Shown in pieces: positions 1-8,734 of a stretch of 55,535 bases of DNA; position 1 is the stretch's first letter, and the number at the start of each line of letters is the position of its first letter. Origin of the DNA: an uncultured Verrucomicrobiales bacterium (lineage in GTDB: Bacteria > Verrucomicrobiota > Verrucomicrobiia > Limisphaerales > Palsa-1400). The stretch lies in assembly GCA_903898185.1 (NCBI GenBank), contig CAIUEN010000268.1, positions 1-55,535 on the forward strand. Reading direction: 5' to 3'. Under the pieces are notes generated by a model. That model did no database searches and was not told the origin of the DNA. It worked only from the letters and a program-made list of their open reading frames with translations. The position numbers and the translations under genes were made by a program.

Positions 1-98
1 CCGTCCTTGGACAATAGTTGCTTCCATCACGAGAGGCAGTGTGACAGGAGGCAGGTTTGGAGTCCCGAAAAAAATGAAACTATTTTTGCCCTCGCAGA

Positions 99-122
99 TT
101 AATGGCGGCTAGCCGCCATTAA
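99..122. repeat. 24-nt perfect palindrome ttaatggcggct/agccgccattaa
   Basis: Read directly. It is 12+12 nt self-complementary with a GC-rich core and no loop. There is no T-run on either side, so it is not a canonical intrinsic terminator. Confidence 0.9.
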
Positions 123-441
123 AAATCTGAGATGCGCACGTCAGCAAGCCGCTAATACAATTTAGCTTGTGTCGTCCGCTTCTTTTCTCTCAGTAGTTTT
201 TGATGTGTTGGCATTCTTTTCTGAGAGTGGGTTTCTGTAAAGCTCAGCCTGCGCCTATTCGGCGCTTCATGTAAACAGCACTTTAAAGAAACAGCGTGCC
301 GTCTTGCCTTGGCGTTTTGCGGTTTCAAAGAGGCTGCGCAGGACTCTGTGATTTTCCAAGCCTTTGTCGCGCGTTTGGCAAGGGCAAACAGATGGCCGCT
401 CAGAGGATCGCCTTTGAGTCGGCTGCGCACCAGATCGCTCA

Positions 442-750
442 TCATTGAGCCATTGAGCGCAGACGAAATTGAGACTGCCGAGAGAGATTGGTGAAAAGCA
501 TCGAAATGAGATACCCAGCTTTTGCATTCCCAGAACAGGCCACAATCACCCCGTTACAGTTTACTTTGTCGGCTACCCCGGGGATGTGAAGAGTGACTGT
601 CATTTCCGTCCACGGCGACATAGGCTGCTCGCTGTGGAACTCAATGCCGCTTTTTCTAACACAAACCTTGTCGGCGGCGAGCATCAGGCATTTGCCAGGC
701 TCATCTGCCGAGCCAAACAAAATCGCATCATCAGTTTTTCTTGCTCCCAT
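442..750 (-). CDS. PilZ-like domain protein (non-canonical)
   Basis: 102-aa ORF. The segment order SGIEF .. VTLHIPG .. NGVIVAC .. ISMLFTNLS follows the PilZ beta-barrel pattern. The N-terminal RxxxR c-di-GMP motif is not visible. Confidence 0.4.
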   Translation of the reverse strand: MGARKTDDAILFGSADEPGKCLMLAADKVCVRKSGIEFHSEQPMSPWTEMTVTLHIPGVADKVNCNGVIVACSGNAKAGYLISMLFTNLSRQSQFRLRSMAQ

Positions 751-794
751 ACTTTGTTATACTAGCACTTGTTTTGCGCGTGTCAATTTTCTGA

Positions 795-1829
795 TTACCA
801 CTCGATTATTGCCGCGCCCCATGTAAAACCGCCGCCAAACACCACCATGAGAACCAAATCGCCGCGCTCAATGCGTTTGGCATGAAGGGCTTCATCCAGC
901 GCTATGGCCACCGAGGCGGCCGATGTGTTGCCGTACTTCTGCAAATTGATGAAAAACTGATCAGTGCTGACTTTGAGACGGTCGGCCACAGCCTGAATGA
1001 TTCGCATATTGGCCTGGTGTGGCACGATCAATTTGATCTGGCTGATATCCAAATTGCAGCGGCGGAGCGCTTCCTGGGCGGCGGAACACATGCCAGTGAC
1101 AGCGTTCTTATAAGTTTCCTTGCCGTCCATTCTCAAATAATGCATGCCAGCGGCCAGCGATTCGTGCGACACGGGAATTCTGCAGCCACCGCCCGGTTGG
1201 CAGAGCACATCGGCTTGGGAGCCGTCAGCTCCCATGCAGGCTGTCAGCAGTCCGTGCGAGTTGGGACGGTTTTGCAGAACCGCAGCGCCCGCGCCGTCGC
1301 CAAACAACACGCAGGTGTTGCGATCTGACCAGTTCACGATGGACGAAAGTTTTTCCGCGCCGATGACTAAAACAGTGTCGTAGGTGCGGGACATGATAAA
1401 CTGCTGGCCAACTTCCAAGGCATAAATGAATCCGGAGCAGGCGGCTTTGAGATCGAATGCCGCCGCGCGCTTGGCGCCAATTTTCTGTTGCACCAGGCAG
1501 GCGGTGGAAGGAAACGGCATGTCCGGGGTGATGGTTGCCACAATGATCAAATCAACCTGATCGGGGCTGATGCGCGCGCGTTCGAGCGCCTTGGTGGCGG
1601 CCCGGGCCGCCATGTCCGAGGTGAACTCGCCTTTGCCGGCAATGCGCCGTTCTTTGATGCCCGTGCGCGTTGTGATCCATTCGTCGGAAGTATTGACGAT
1701 GACGGCCAGTTGCTGATTGGTCACCACCCGACTGGGAACATAAGAGCCGACCGAAATAATAGAGCAGGTTCGGCCTTGGAAATTATGTTTTGATCGAGGG
1801 TTGGTGAACTTTCGCGGGGGCAGAATCAT
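795..1829 (-). CDS. fabH: 3-oxoacyl-ACP synthase III
   Basis: 344 aa with SYVPxRVVTNxxL, TGIKERR, the active-site Cys context AACSGF, HQANxRI and C-terminal GGGFTWGA. It overlaps plsX by 4 nt, and the order rpmF-plsX-fabH is conserved. Confidence 0.95.
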   Translation of the reverse strand: MILPPRKFTNPRSKHNFQGRTCSIISVGSYVPSRVVTNQQLAVIVNTSDEWITTRTGIKERRIAGKGEFTSDMAARAATKALERARISPDQVDLIIVATITPDMPFPSTACLVQQKIGAKRAAAFDLKAACSGFIYALEVGQQFIMSRTYDTVLVIGAEKLSSIVNWSDRNTCVLFGDGAGAAVLQNRPNSHGLLTACMGADGSQADVLCQPGGGCRIPVSHESLAAGMHYLRMDGKETYKNAVTGMCSAAQEALRRCNLDISQIKLIVPHQANMRIIQAVADRLKVSTDQFFINLQKYGNTSAASVAIALDEALHAKRIERGDLVLMVVFGGGFTWGAAIIEW

Positions 1830-2860
1830 AAGGCACTGGCGACTTTGGTTTCGGCGATGCGCGCATTGGCCTGCGCGATTTCACGGCGGATGGTTTCGTT
1901 GAGCTGGTTTTGCACCGCATCGGTTGTGATGCGAATGGCATTCATGATCGCTCGTTCTCGCGCCGAACCGTGAGCTTTCATAATTGTTCCGTTGAGACCG
2001 AGCAGGGGCGCTCCGCCGTAGGCATCGGGGTCCATGCGGCGTTTGATGGTGGTGAGCGCCCGACTTGCCAGGAGAGCGCCAAGCATGCTCACAGGACTTT
2101 TTTTGAGTTCGTCTTTGAGCCAGCCGGCAAGGCCGCGCGCAAAGCTCTCAATTGTCTTCAGGACAATGTTCCCGACAAAACCGTCGCAAATGACCACATC
2201 AACCTTGTTATGGAACAGGTCGTGGCCTTCGACATTGCCGATGAAATTGATATCGACCATTTTACAAAGGCGATAGGCCTCGATGGTCAGTTCCACGCCT
2301 TTGTTGGGCTCAGTGCCGTTGCAAAGAATGCCCACCCTGGGCTTGGAATATCCTAGGACATCCCTGGAATAGATATGGCCCATGATGGCAAAATGCAGCA
2401 GGTGGGTTGGCCGACATTCGACACTGGCCCCCGAGTCCAGCAGCACAAATTCATTTTCCGGCGCCGGGATGACGCTGGCAATTCCAGGACGATCCACGCC
2501 CGAAATTGGGCGCAAACGAATAGTGGAAGCGGCGACCAACCCGCCAGTATTACCCGGCGAAATCAGGGCATCGGCCACACCCTCTTTAATCAGATCGACG
2601 GCACGAAGAATCGAACAATCTTTCTTGCGGCGCAGGCCTTCGACCGGCTTGTCCTCCATCGTCAGCACTTCGCTGGCGTGAACAATCCGAACTCTGGAAT
2701 CAGTACAGCCAGTGCTCTTGAGAGCGGTCTTGATTTGACCTTCATCCCCTACAAGGTATAGCTCGGTGATTCTTGCGCCCGACTCCAATGCAAGCCGGAC
2801 CCCGTCGATGATGACCTCGGGGCCGTGATCTCCACCCATCACATCTACGACGATTCGCAT
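1826..2860 (-). CDS. plsX: phosphate acyltransferase PlsX
   Basis: 344 aa. The N-terminus MRIVVDVMGGDHGP and the overall length are typical of PlsX. It sits between rpmF and fabH. Confidence 0.95.
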   Translation of the reverse strand: MRIVVDVMGGDHGPEVIIDGVRLALESGARITELYLVGDEGQIKTALKSTGCTDSRVRIVHASEVLTMEDKPVEGLRRKKDCSILRAVDLIKEGVADALISPGNTGGLVAASTIRLRPISGVDRPGIASVIPAPENEFVLLDSGASVECRPTHLLHFAIMGHIYSRDVLGYSKPRVGILCNGTEPNKGVELTIEAYRLCKMVDINFIGNVEGHDLFHNKVDVVICDGFVGNIVLKTIESFARGLAGWLKDELKKSPVSMLGALLASRALTTIKRRMDPDAYGGAPLLGLNGTIMKAHGSARERAIMNAIRITTDAVQNQLNETIRREIAQANARIAETKVASAL

Positions 2861-2910
2861 AAACGAAAAGAGCGCAGGATCAGAAAAAATTCGGCGCTCT
2901 CAAGTTGGAT

Positions 2911-3096
2911 TTACGCTACTTTGACTGAAATGACTTGTCGGCCCTTATAGAAGCCGCAAGCAGGGCATACTCGATGCGGCACGAATGGCTCGGCGCATTG
3001 GGGGCACTTGGACAGTTGTGGCAGGGTCATTGCGCTATTGTAAGCGCGACGTTGGCGTTGGCGACTATGCGATGGCTTGCGTTTAGGAACTCCCAT
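2911..3096 (-). CDS. rpmF: 50S ribosomal protein L32
   Basis: 61 aa. It starts MGVPKRKxSHSRQRQRR and carries a CxxC..CxxC zinc ribbon. Confidence 0.95.
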   Translation of the reverse strand: MGVPKRKPSHSRQRQRRAYNSAMTLPQLSKCPQCAEPFVPHRVCPACGFYKGRQVISVKVA

Positions 3097-3110
3097 AAAT
3101 TATTCTTTAT

Positions 3111-3593
3111 TCAAAATTTCAGTTTATTCAACTCGGACCAAGCCGACGCATTTTCAGTCTGACTGGTGTTTTGCTTCTTTGCTATCTGACCTGTGCGTCC
3201 GGACAGTCCGACGCATTCACTTTTACACAGCGGATGCTGCGGAAACTCAAGTAGAATATCTTCCCGAAGGTAAGGCGTCAAGTCCACGCAGTCATTAAGG
3301 ACTGGAACCTTCTCCTCACCTTCCAAAGGCAGGTGGCAGATCCAATCCGGAAATTCGACCGGGTAATCGAACGTTTTGAGGCAGCGAACGCATTCGCAGC
3401 GGAGGATTATTTTGATCCAGCCGCGCAATAGTATCTGTTCGCCCACTTGCTGAGCGGTCAGCGCGTATTGCAGGGGATTCACTGCGTGAATCACCTCGTC
3501 CAGTTGGTCCAAGCCCACCTCGGCCGCCGGCAATTCACCGGCCAGCTCGACTTGCTTATCCTCCAGGTGGTGGAGGTTCAATTTGAGCGACAT
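3111..3593 (-). CDS. YceD/DUF177 family protein
   Basis: 160-aa acidic protein directly upstream of rpmF, the conserved position of DUF177. It has internal CxxC and a C-terminal Cys cluster. Confidence 0.8.
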   Translation of the reverse strand: MSLKLNLHHLEDKQVELAGELPAAEVGLDQLDEVIHAVNPLQYALTAQQVGEQILLRGWIKIILRCECVRCLKTFDYPVEFPDWICHLPLEGEEKVPVLNDCVDLTPYLREDILLEFPQHPLCKSECVGLSGRTGQIAKKQNTSQTENASAWSELNKLKF

Positions 3594-3600
3594 AAGACGA

Positions 3601-4080
3601 CTAAGGGTTGAGTTTTGTGGTCAAGGCGGCCCGCACATGTTGGGGGACAAACGAACTGACGTCGCCTCCAAGACGGGCAATTTCCTTGACCAATCGCGAA
3701 CTTAAGAACGTGTAACTCTCTTTGGGCATCATGAAAATTGTTTCCACCCGTTCGTTCAACTTACGATTCATCAGTGCCAATTGAAACTCAAATTCGAAAT
3801 CCGACACGGCCCGCAGCCCGCGAACAATAGCGTCCCCGGCGCGGCGCTCGACATAATTTACCAACAGACCCTCAAAACAATCTGCCTCCACCTTGGGCCA
3901 TTCTGCGATTGCCTGCCGGACCATCGATGTCCGTTCATCCAAGGTGAACAGCGATTTCTTGGCATCGTTGTTGGCTACCGCCACGATGACGCGGTCAAAA
4001 AGCTTGGCGGCCCGGGCCACCAAGTCGAGATGGCCATTGGTGATGGGGTCAAAACTTCCCGGATAAATTGCCGTTCTCAT
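3601..4080 (-). CDS. coaD: phosphopantetheine adenylyltransferase
   Basis: An internal ATG at 4080 gives MRTAIYPGSFDPITNGHLD, the (T/H)xGH nucleotidyltransferase motif. The 93 upstream codons of the computed ORF read through repeat R1 and are discarded. Confidence 0.93.
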   Translation of the reverse strand: MRTAIYPGSFDPITNGHLDLVARAAKLFDRVIVAVANNDAKKSLFTLDERTSMVRQAIAEWPKVEADCFEGLLVNYVERRAGDAIVRGLRAVSDFEFEFQLALMNRKLNERVETIFMMPKESYTFLSSRLVKEIARLGGDVSSFVPQHVRAALTTKLNP

Positions 4081-4150
4081 TAAGGCAATATAGCAGAGAC
4101 GGCGGCGGATGCCAGCACTACTACGGGTTTGATATTGTGGCTGGTTGCAC

Positions 4151-4217
4151 AAGGAGAAATGAGCGGCTCGCTGACGCTCGCCGGAAAGAGGGGCACAGGC
4201 AAGGATGCCTATGCTAC
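4151..4217 (+). repeat. REP-like element R1, copy 1
   Basis: aaggagaaatgagcggctcgctgacgctcgccgg...gggcacaggcaaggatgcctatgctac. The same ~65-nt unit recurs at 17642, 25031, 26694 and 38104 (reverse). It contains the direct repeat gctcgc and the hairpin cacaggca-agga-tgcctRtg. Confidence 0.85.
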
Positions 4218-4232
4218 ATGAGCAGTTATGAT

Positions 4233-5003
4233 TTACTCCGCGTTTGTTTTGCCCGGGTTTTTGGCTTCCATCGGCAAGTCCGCCGCGAGCGTTTTGCTCG
4301 CATCGGCGATGGCCTTGCTGAGTTGCGCAGCCAACTGACCATAGTTTTTCCCGTCCCAATCGGCCGCGTCGTCAGCAAACCCACCGTGTTTGATTGCCGT
4401 TGAGTTCGTCCCGACTGCTCGCGCTTCCCACGTTACCGCGAAATGAATTGAGTTCTTCCCCTGTTCAGCCCGCATTCCCTCAAAGGCCAATACTCGGATC
4501 GCCACTTCATAGTCCAGAGTATCGTCTCCACGCGAATTCATCGCCACGCTCTCCACGTTTCGAGCAGAACTGAGATCCTCCTTGATCACGCGACTGATTC
4601 CCTGGTCGAGTGGTTCCGCCCAACGGTCAAAATCCGCGAACTGAATTTGATTTGTGCCCGTTCGTATCACGATGGACCTGTTCCTCAAATAGGCCGACAA
4701 TTTCATTGGCCTCAATCCCACTTTCCACTGCTTGAATTCGTTTTCGGTTGCGCAGATGGGTTGCTTGGTTTGAGATGTCAGCACATAGAACCGCGTTGGG
4801 TCGGAGTGGGATTGCAATAGCGCGCAACCGCTCAGTGCGCAGAAGGCAAGCGCGCCAAGCAGTAGAATGAACAATTGATGCGGGATGAGCTTCCGGTCTG
4901 TCCTTGAACTGGAGCTCCCTGCGGAAAATGTTCGCAAAACTTCAAAATTCCGGGCCTTGATTGGTAGAGAGAATTGCATAGCTGAAAATGTGGGTTGCGT
5001 CAT
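4233..5003 (-). CDS. ABC transport auxiliary lipoprotein (DUF330/PqiC-like)
   Basis: It has the lipobox LGALAFCALSGC, then FYxL and RxxIxxR segments typical of the auxiliary component encoded after MCE genes. The start codon is uncertain because the leader before the lipobox is long. Confidence 0.7.
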   Translation of the reverse strand: MTQPTFSAMQFSLPIKARNFEVLRTFSAGSSSSRTDRKLIPHQLFILLLGALAFCALSGCALLQSHSDPTRFYVLTSQTKQPICATENEFKQWKVGLRPMKLSAYLRNRSIVIRTGTNQIQFADFDRWAEPLDQGISRVIKEDLSSARNVESVAMNSRGDDTLDYEVAIRVLAFEGMRAEQGKNSIHFAVTWEARAVGTNSTAIKHGGFADDAADWDGKNYGQLAAQLSKAIADASKTLAADLPMEAKNPGKTNAE

Positions 5004-5019
5004 TGAAGGTCGGTATGGC

Positions 5020-6135
5020 TTACGGTTCCCTGCCGGGGCGCTTTCTTCCCGTGATCAGTGCGTTGGGGTTTTGTTCCAGAAAGTCGGCCAGCCGTTGCAG
5101 CGATTGGGCCGTCTCCGTGACCTGATGAAGCGCCTCGGCCGCTTCATCGCCCAAGCCGCTTTGCGGGCCGAGCAGTTTGTGGACGCTTTCGGCCGCATCG
5201 TGAAAAGAACGCAGGGTGCGCACCAATTCCGAGCGCACCGGCTCCACCTCAGTGTCGAGCTTGGTTACCAATCCCTGCACGTCGATTGCTGTCTTGTTCA
5301 GGTTGGCGAACGCTGCTCTGGCTTCAGTCGAACCTGTCAGCGCCTCGAAGGACTCCGCTGCCGCCGTCACTTTGGCCACCATTTTATTCAGGTTTACTTC
5401 AGCAATTTGCTGGTTCACGTTTGTTAGCAGCGATTGGAGTTCGCGGGAGAGTCCCGCAAAATCAACCTTGTTCAAATTGTTCACGACCTTGGAAAGGTTC
5501 GCGACCAGCTCTGACATCCCGGACCGCAACGTTGGCACCACGGGATATTCGGGCTCGCCCTAGGGTGTTGAATTGATGGGGATTTGCCTTGGTCGATTCA
5601 TTCAGAATTTGTTCCTCAAATCACGATACCAATCAAGGAACAAGCTCCTTAAGCCTGTTTTTGCTCAATTCAACACCCTAGGCTCGCCCTCCAAGCGCGG
5701 CGCGGGGAACTGCTGAGGATCGAGAAAATCCAGTTCAACGAATTGCAGTCCGGTGATGCCCACAAGGCCGATTTTGGCGCGCAATCCTTCTTCGATCAGC
5801 CGTTCCAGCGTGGCGCGATCAGTGATTTGAATCGCCTGACCGGCAGGAGAGGTGATCACGTTCTGGTCCAACTCAGCAACGATGACGACCTGCGACTGCC
5901 GGGCTTTCGAATTGTAGTGAACCCGGATGGTCGCCACGCTGCCCACCCTGACTCCGCGCAACTTCACCGCGCTTCCTGTGTCCAGTCCCTGCACAGACTC
6001 GTTGAAGTATGCGATGAAGCGTCCCGGCTTGGAGAAGAGATGGCAGGAACGGAACGAGAGGAGCGCCGCGACAATCAGCATCAAGGTGCCGACCACGAAC
6101 GTGCCTGCCAGGGTTGGGTTGAGTTTTGCTTTCAC
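5020..6135 (-). pseudogene. MCE/MlaD-family protein interrupted by a 120-bp MITE
   Basis: The N-terminal ORF 5665..6135 (TM helix plus MCE domain) ends ..LEGEP-RVLN-stop inside the insert. The C-terminal ORF 5020..5541 is open back to 5559 in the same frame (GEPEYPVVPTL). Removing 5561..5680 plus one 9-bp duplicate restores ..RLEGEPEYPVVP.. in frame. Confidence 0.8.
5561..5680. mobile_element. MITE with 16-bp perfect terminal inverted repeats and a 9-bp target-site duplication
   Basis: The ends are tagggtgttgaattga (5561-5576) and tcaattcaacacccta (5665-5680). The flanking direct repeat ggctcgccc lies at 5552-5560 and 5681-5689. There is no internal ORF. Confidence 0.85.
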
Positions 6136-6947
6136 TTTGAAAAATGGTTTTCCTTATCCGCGAAAGGCTGGTTCGTTCGCTTGGGAGAATCGCCGACCTG
6201 ATTCAGAAAATCCCGCACGCGCGGATTTGTGCTGTTGGCAGCCAGTTCGGCGGGAGAGCCTTCGGCAATGATTCCCCTGGCTTCTCGATCCAGCACAATG
6301 ACGCGGTCGGCGAGTCGAAAAATGCTCGATAGCTGATGAGACACAATGACCATGGTTGTCCCAAATGTTTCGCGCACATGAAGGATCAGCAGATCCATCT
6401 CACGCAAGGTGATCGGGTCCAAACCCTCCGAAGGCTCATCGAAAAACACAATCGCCGGATCCAACGCCAGCGCTCGGGCCAGAGCCGCGCGTTTTTGCAT
6501 GCCACCACTGAGTTCCGACGGATAAAGTTCCTCTGACCCGGACAAACCCACATCCTTCAGCTTGAGTGCGATGATTTCTTTACGATCCTCTCGTGACAGA
6601 GATGTGTGTTCTTCCAGCGGCAGGGAAATATTCTCTGCCAGGGTCATGGAACTCCACAACGCATTATTCTGGTAGAGCACGCCGAATGTTTTCAAAATCT
6701 CACGTCGTTGCGCCGCATCCGCCGTAGTGAAACTTTTTCCAAAATAGGCAATGTCTCCCCGTAGCGGTTTCAGCAATCCGATCAGGCAACGGAGCAGCGT
6801 GCTCTTGCCGCACCCGCTTCCCCCGATCACGAAAAGCAACTCTTGAGGATGAACCACAAAGGAGACATCCTGCAACACCACGGTCTCGCCATAGCCGCAG
6901 GACAGGTTCTTCACTTCGATCACAGAGGCTGGAGTGCTATTCGTCAT
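6132..6947 (-). CDS. ABC transporter ATP-binding protein, MlaF-like
   Basis: It has Walker A GGSGCGKST, the signature LSGGMQKR and Walker B IVFFDEP. It overlaps the MCE gene by 4 nt. Confidence 0.9.
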   Translation of the reverse strand: MTNSTPASVIEVKNLSCGYGETVVLQDVSFVVHPQELLFVIGGSGCGKSTLLRCLIGLLKPLRGDIAYFGKSFTTADAAQRREILKTFGVLYQNNALWSSMTLAENISLPLEEHTSLSREDRKEIIALKLKDVGLSGSEELYPSELSGGMQKRAALARALALDPAIVFFDEPSEGLDPITLREMDLLILHVRETFGTTMVIVSHQLSSIFRLADRVIVLDREARGIIAEGSPAELAANSTNPRVRDFLNQVGDSPKRTNQPFADKENHFSK

Positions 6948-6953
6948 GGGGTG

Positions 6954-8111
6954 TCAAATTCCAAGCACATTGAAGATGAGGGCAAACAAAGCATCTGCCA
7001 GAATAATCAGCAGGATGCCGGTCACCACGGCTGAGGAAGTCGCCGTGCCAACACCGGCAGCGCTCCGGTCACATTTCATTCCACGCAGACACCCGGCGAG
7101 ACCGATGGCCATGCCGAAAAAGAGACTCTTGAACAACCCCCCAGTCACATCCGAAAGACCAACGCGATTCTGCGTTTCAATCCAATAGGCCCCCGCCGGA
7201 ATATCCAGCATTGTTGTCGAAACAAACATCCCGCCCAGAATGCCGAGCGCATTCGCATAAAACGCGAGGATCGGCATCATGATCGCCACCGCCAACAGTC
7301 GGGGCAGCGCCAGAAAATCCACTGAGGAAATGCCCAGTGTCTCCAGGGCATCAATTTCCTCATCCACTTTCATGTTGCCAAGTTGGGCTGCAAACCCAGC
7401 TCCGGTGCCGCCTGCCACAATCATCGCAGCCATTATCGGCCCCATCTCCCGCACCACAGCCAAGCCGACCAAGTCCGCCACGTAAACGGCGGCGCCGAAT
7501 TGCTGTAACTGAACTGCCGCTTGAAAGGCCAGGATTACACCCACCAGAAAACTGACCAGACTCACAATCGGCAACGACGATGCCCAGCATTGCTGCATCT
7601 GGACAAGGCAATCCATCCAACGAAACCGGCGCGGCTTTCTTGCAACACCAATGAATCCGAGAGCGCATTCTCCAACAAACGTAACGATCTCCATGGCTTG
7701 GCTCGCCCACTTCTTCTCCACCGTTTCCAATAGCGCCCAATTCGATTTGACCGCCGATTTGGCCATTGGTTTGGGAGCGACCATCGTTGAAACGCGCAGC
7801 AGCAATGCCTGCAAATCTCCCGGTAACGCCTCAGCATGAAAACTATTCTTTGACTCCAAGCACCACGCCCGGCCATGCGCCAGGAAGAGAACCAGAGAAG
7901 TATCCCACTTTCCCAAGTCTTCCGCCACCACACGCACACTCGCCGCAGTTCTCTTGCCAACCACGCTGTTCCATGAAGGAACAGGTTCGCTTAGCCGCCA
8001 ATCGCCTCCGACTTTCACCAGACATTCACTCCCTAATGGCCCAGCTTCCAATCTAGCTGTCGCTGCTTTGAGTTCCGCACTGACTTGCATCAATGAATGA
8101 GATGCTGTCAT
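6954..8111 (-). CDS. MlaE-family ABC permease with N-terminal extension
   Basis: 385 aa. The C-terminal ~250 aa are polytopic with MlaE-like segments (REMGPIMAAMIVAGGTGAGFAA, EIDALETLG). The N-terminal ~120 aa are soluble. Confidence 0.85.
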   Translation of the reverse strand: MTASHSLMQVSAELKAATARLEAGPLGSECLVKVGGDWRLSEPVPSWNSVVGKRTAASVRVVAEDLGKWDTSLVLFLAHGRAWCLESKNSFHAEALPGDLQALLLRVSTMVAPKPMAKSAVKSNWALLETVEKKWASQAMEIVTFVGECALGFIGVARKPRRFRWMDCLVQMQQCWASSLPIVSLVSFLVGVILAFQAAVQLQQFGAAVYVADLVGLAVVREMGPIMAAMIVAGGTGAGFAAQLGNMKVDEEIDALETLGISSVDFLALPRLLAVAIMMPILAFYANALGILGGMFVSTTMLDIPAGAYWIETQNRVGLSDVTGGLFKSLFFGMAIGLAGCLRGMKCDRSAAGVGTATSSAVVTGILLIILADALFALIFNVLGI

Positions 8112-8161
8112 AAGTCGGGATCGAGTCTCCTTCCTTCTTTGGCATCGTTATCCTTTCGTAA

Positions 8162-8287
8162 CTATTCACATGGCATAGGTTTGGCGTCCGCTCCTGACTT
8201 GAAAAACAAACGCTGCCGATTTGTTGCCTTTCGGAAATCAACTTTCCATCCCGGCTTACCGTTTTTTATCACTTTTGATGTTTTCAT
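8162..8287 (-). pseudogene. possible tyrosine-integrase N-terminal relic
   Basis: The peptide is MKTSKVIKNGKPGWKVDFRKATNRQRLFFKSGADAK. It resembles the arm-binding N-terminus of phage-type integrases as I remember them (G-W-x-V-D-F .. R-x-R-x-F-F .. A-D/E-A). It stops after 41 codons. Confidence 0.3.
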
Positions 8288-8424
8288 TTGGTGCCCTTTT
8301 GGTGCCAAGAAGGGCTTATTTTGCCCCCCTTCTTCATATTGTGCCCTATTATGATAAAATTGTAAATCATGGCTAAAACCCTTGAATACGTTGCATTTAA
8401 TGAGGTTGGGCAAAGGTTGGTAAA

Positions 8425-8458
8425 TGGTCAGAGCGACGGGATTTGAATTCCCTTGGCA
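8425..8458 (-). other. tRNA-like 3' fragment (T-loop, acceptor 3' strand, discriminator, CCA)
   Basis: The minus strand reads ..AAGGGAATTCAAATCCCGTCGCTCTGACCA. From the T-loop onward it looks like a tRNA 3' end, but no D arm, anticodon arm or matching 5' acceptor strand can be folded upstream. Confidence 0.35.
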
Positions 8459-8734
8459 TAATTATCAGAGCTTGCATTGTTTACGCTATGGTCTGTTATG
8501 ACTGGCAAGGCTTTGAGCATCTAGTATTTTCATGCCCATTGGGAAGTGATACCCGGCATCCATCTTCCCTGATGGCTCTTAAGCCCGCTTGTGCAATCTT
8601 AGTGAGGACTTCTGTCTGTTGCATCTCTGTCTCTGTCTTGCCCGCAAATGTTCGGCTTATAACTGGATCCACGCCGCCATCCGTACCCACTTTAATGGGC
8701 GCCCCGTTCCTTCTCTGGGGTGTGTGACCGGAAA

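Noticed and set aside
152-445. A 97-aa very basic ORF whose start overlaps the PilZ-like ORF stop (ATGA), and the opposite-strand ORF 309-494.
   Set aside because: I recognise no motif, the Lys/Arg content is extreme, and there are competing ORFs on both strands. The evidence is insufficient to call a gene. It may be real but cannot be supported from sequence alone.
4159-4221. A 20-codon mini-ORF (MSGSLTLAGKRGTGKDAYAT) with a perfect AAGGAG 5 nt upstream, inside R1 copy 1.
   Set aside because: The ATG is absent in the other four R1 copies (ATT, ATA, TTA or changed context), so the coding reading is not conserved. The AAGGAG is part of the repeat.
4081-4359. The 93-codon N-terminal extension of the coaD ORF.
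   Set aside because: It reads through REP-like element R1 (giving the recurrent pseudo-peptide GILACAPLSGERQRA) and overlaps the 3' end of the lipoprotein gene. The canonical CoaD N-terminus starts at the internal ATG at 4080.
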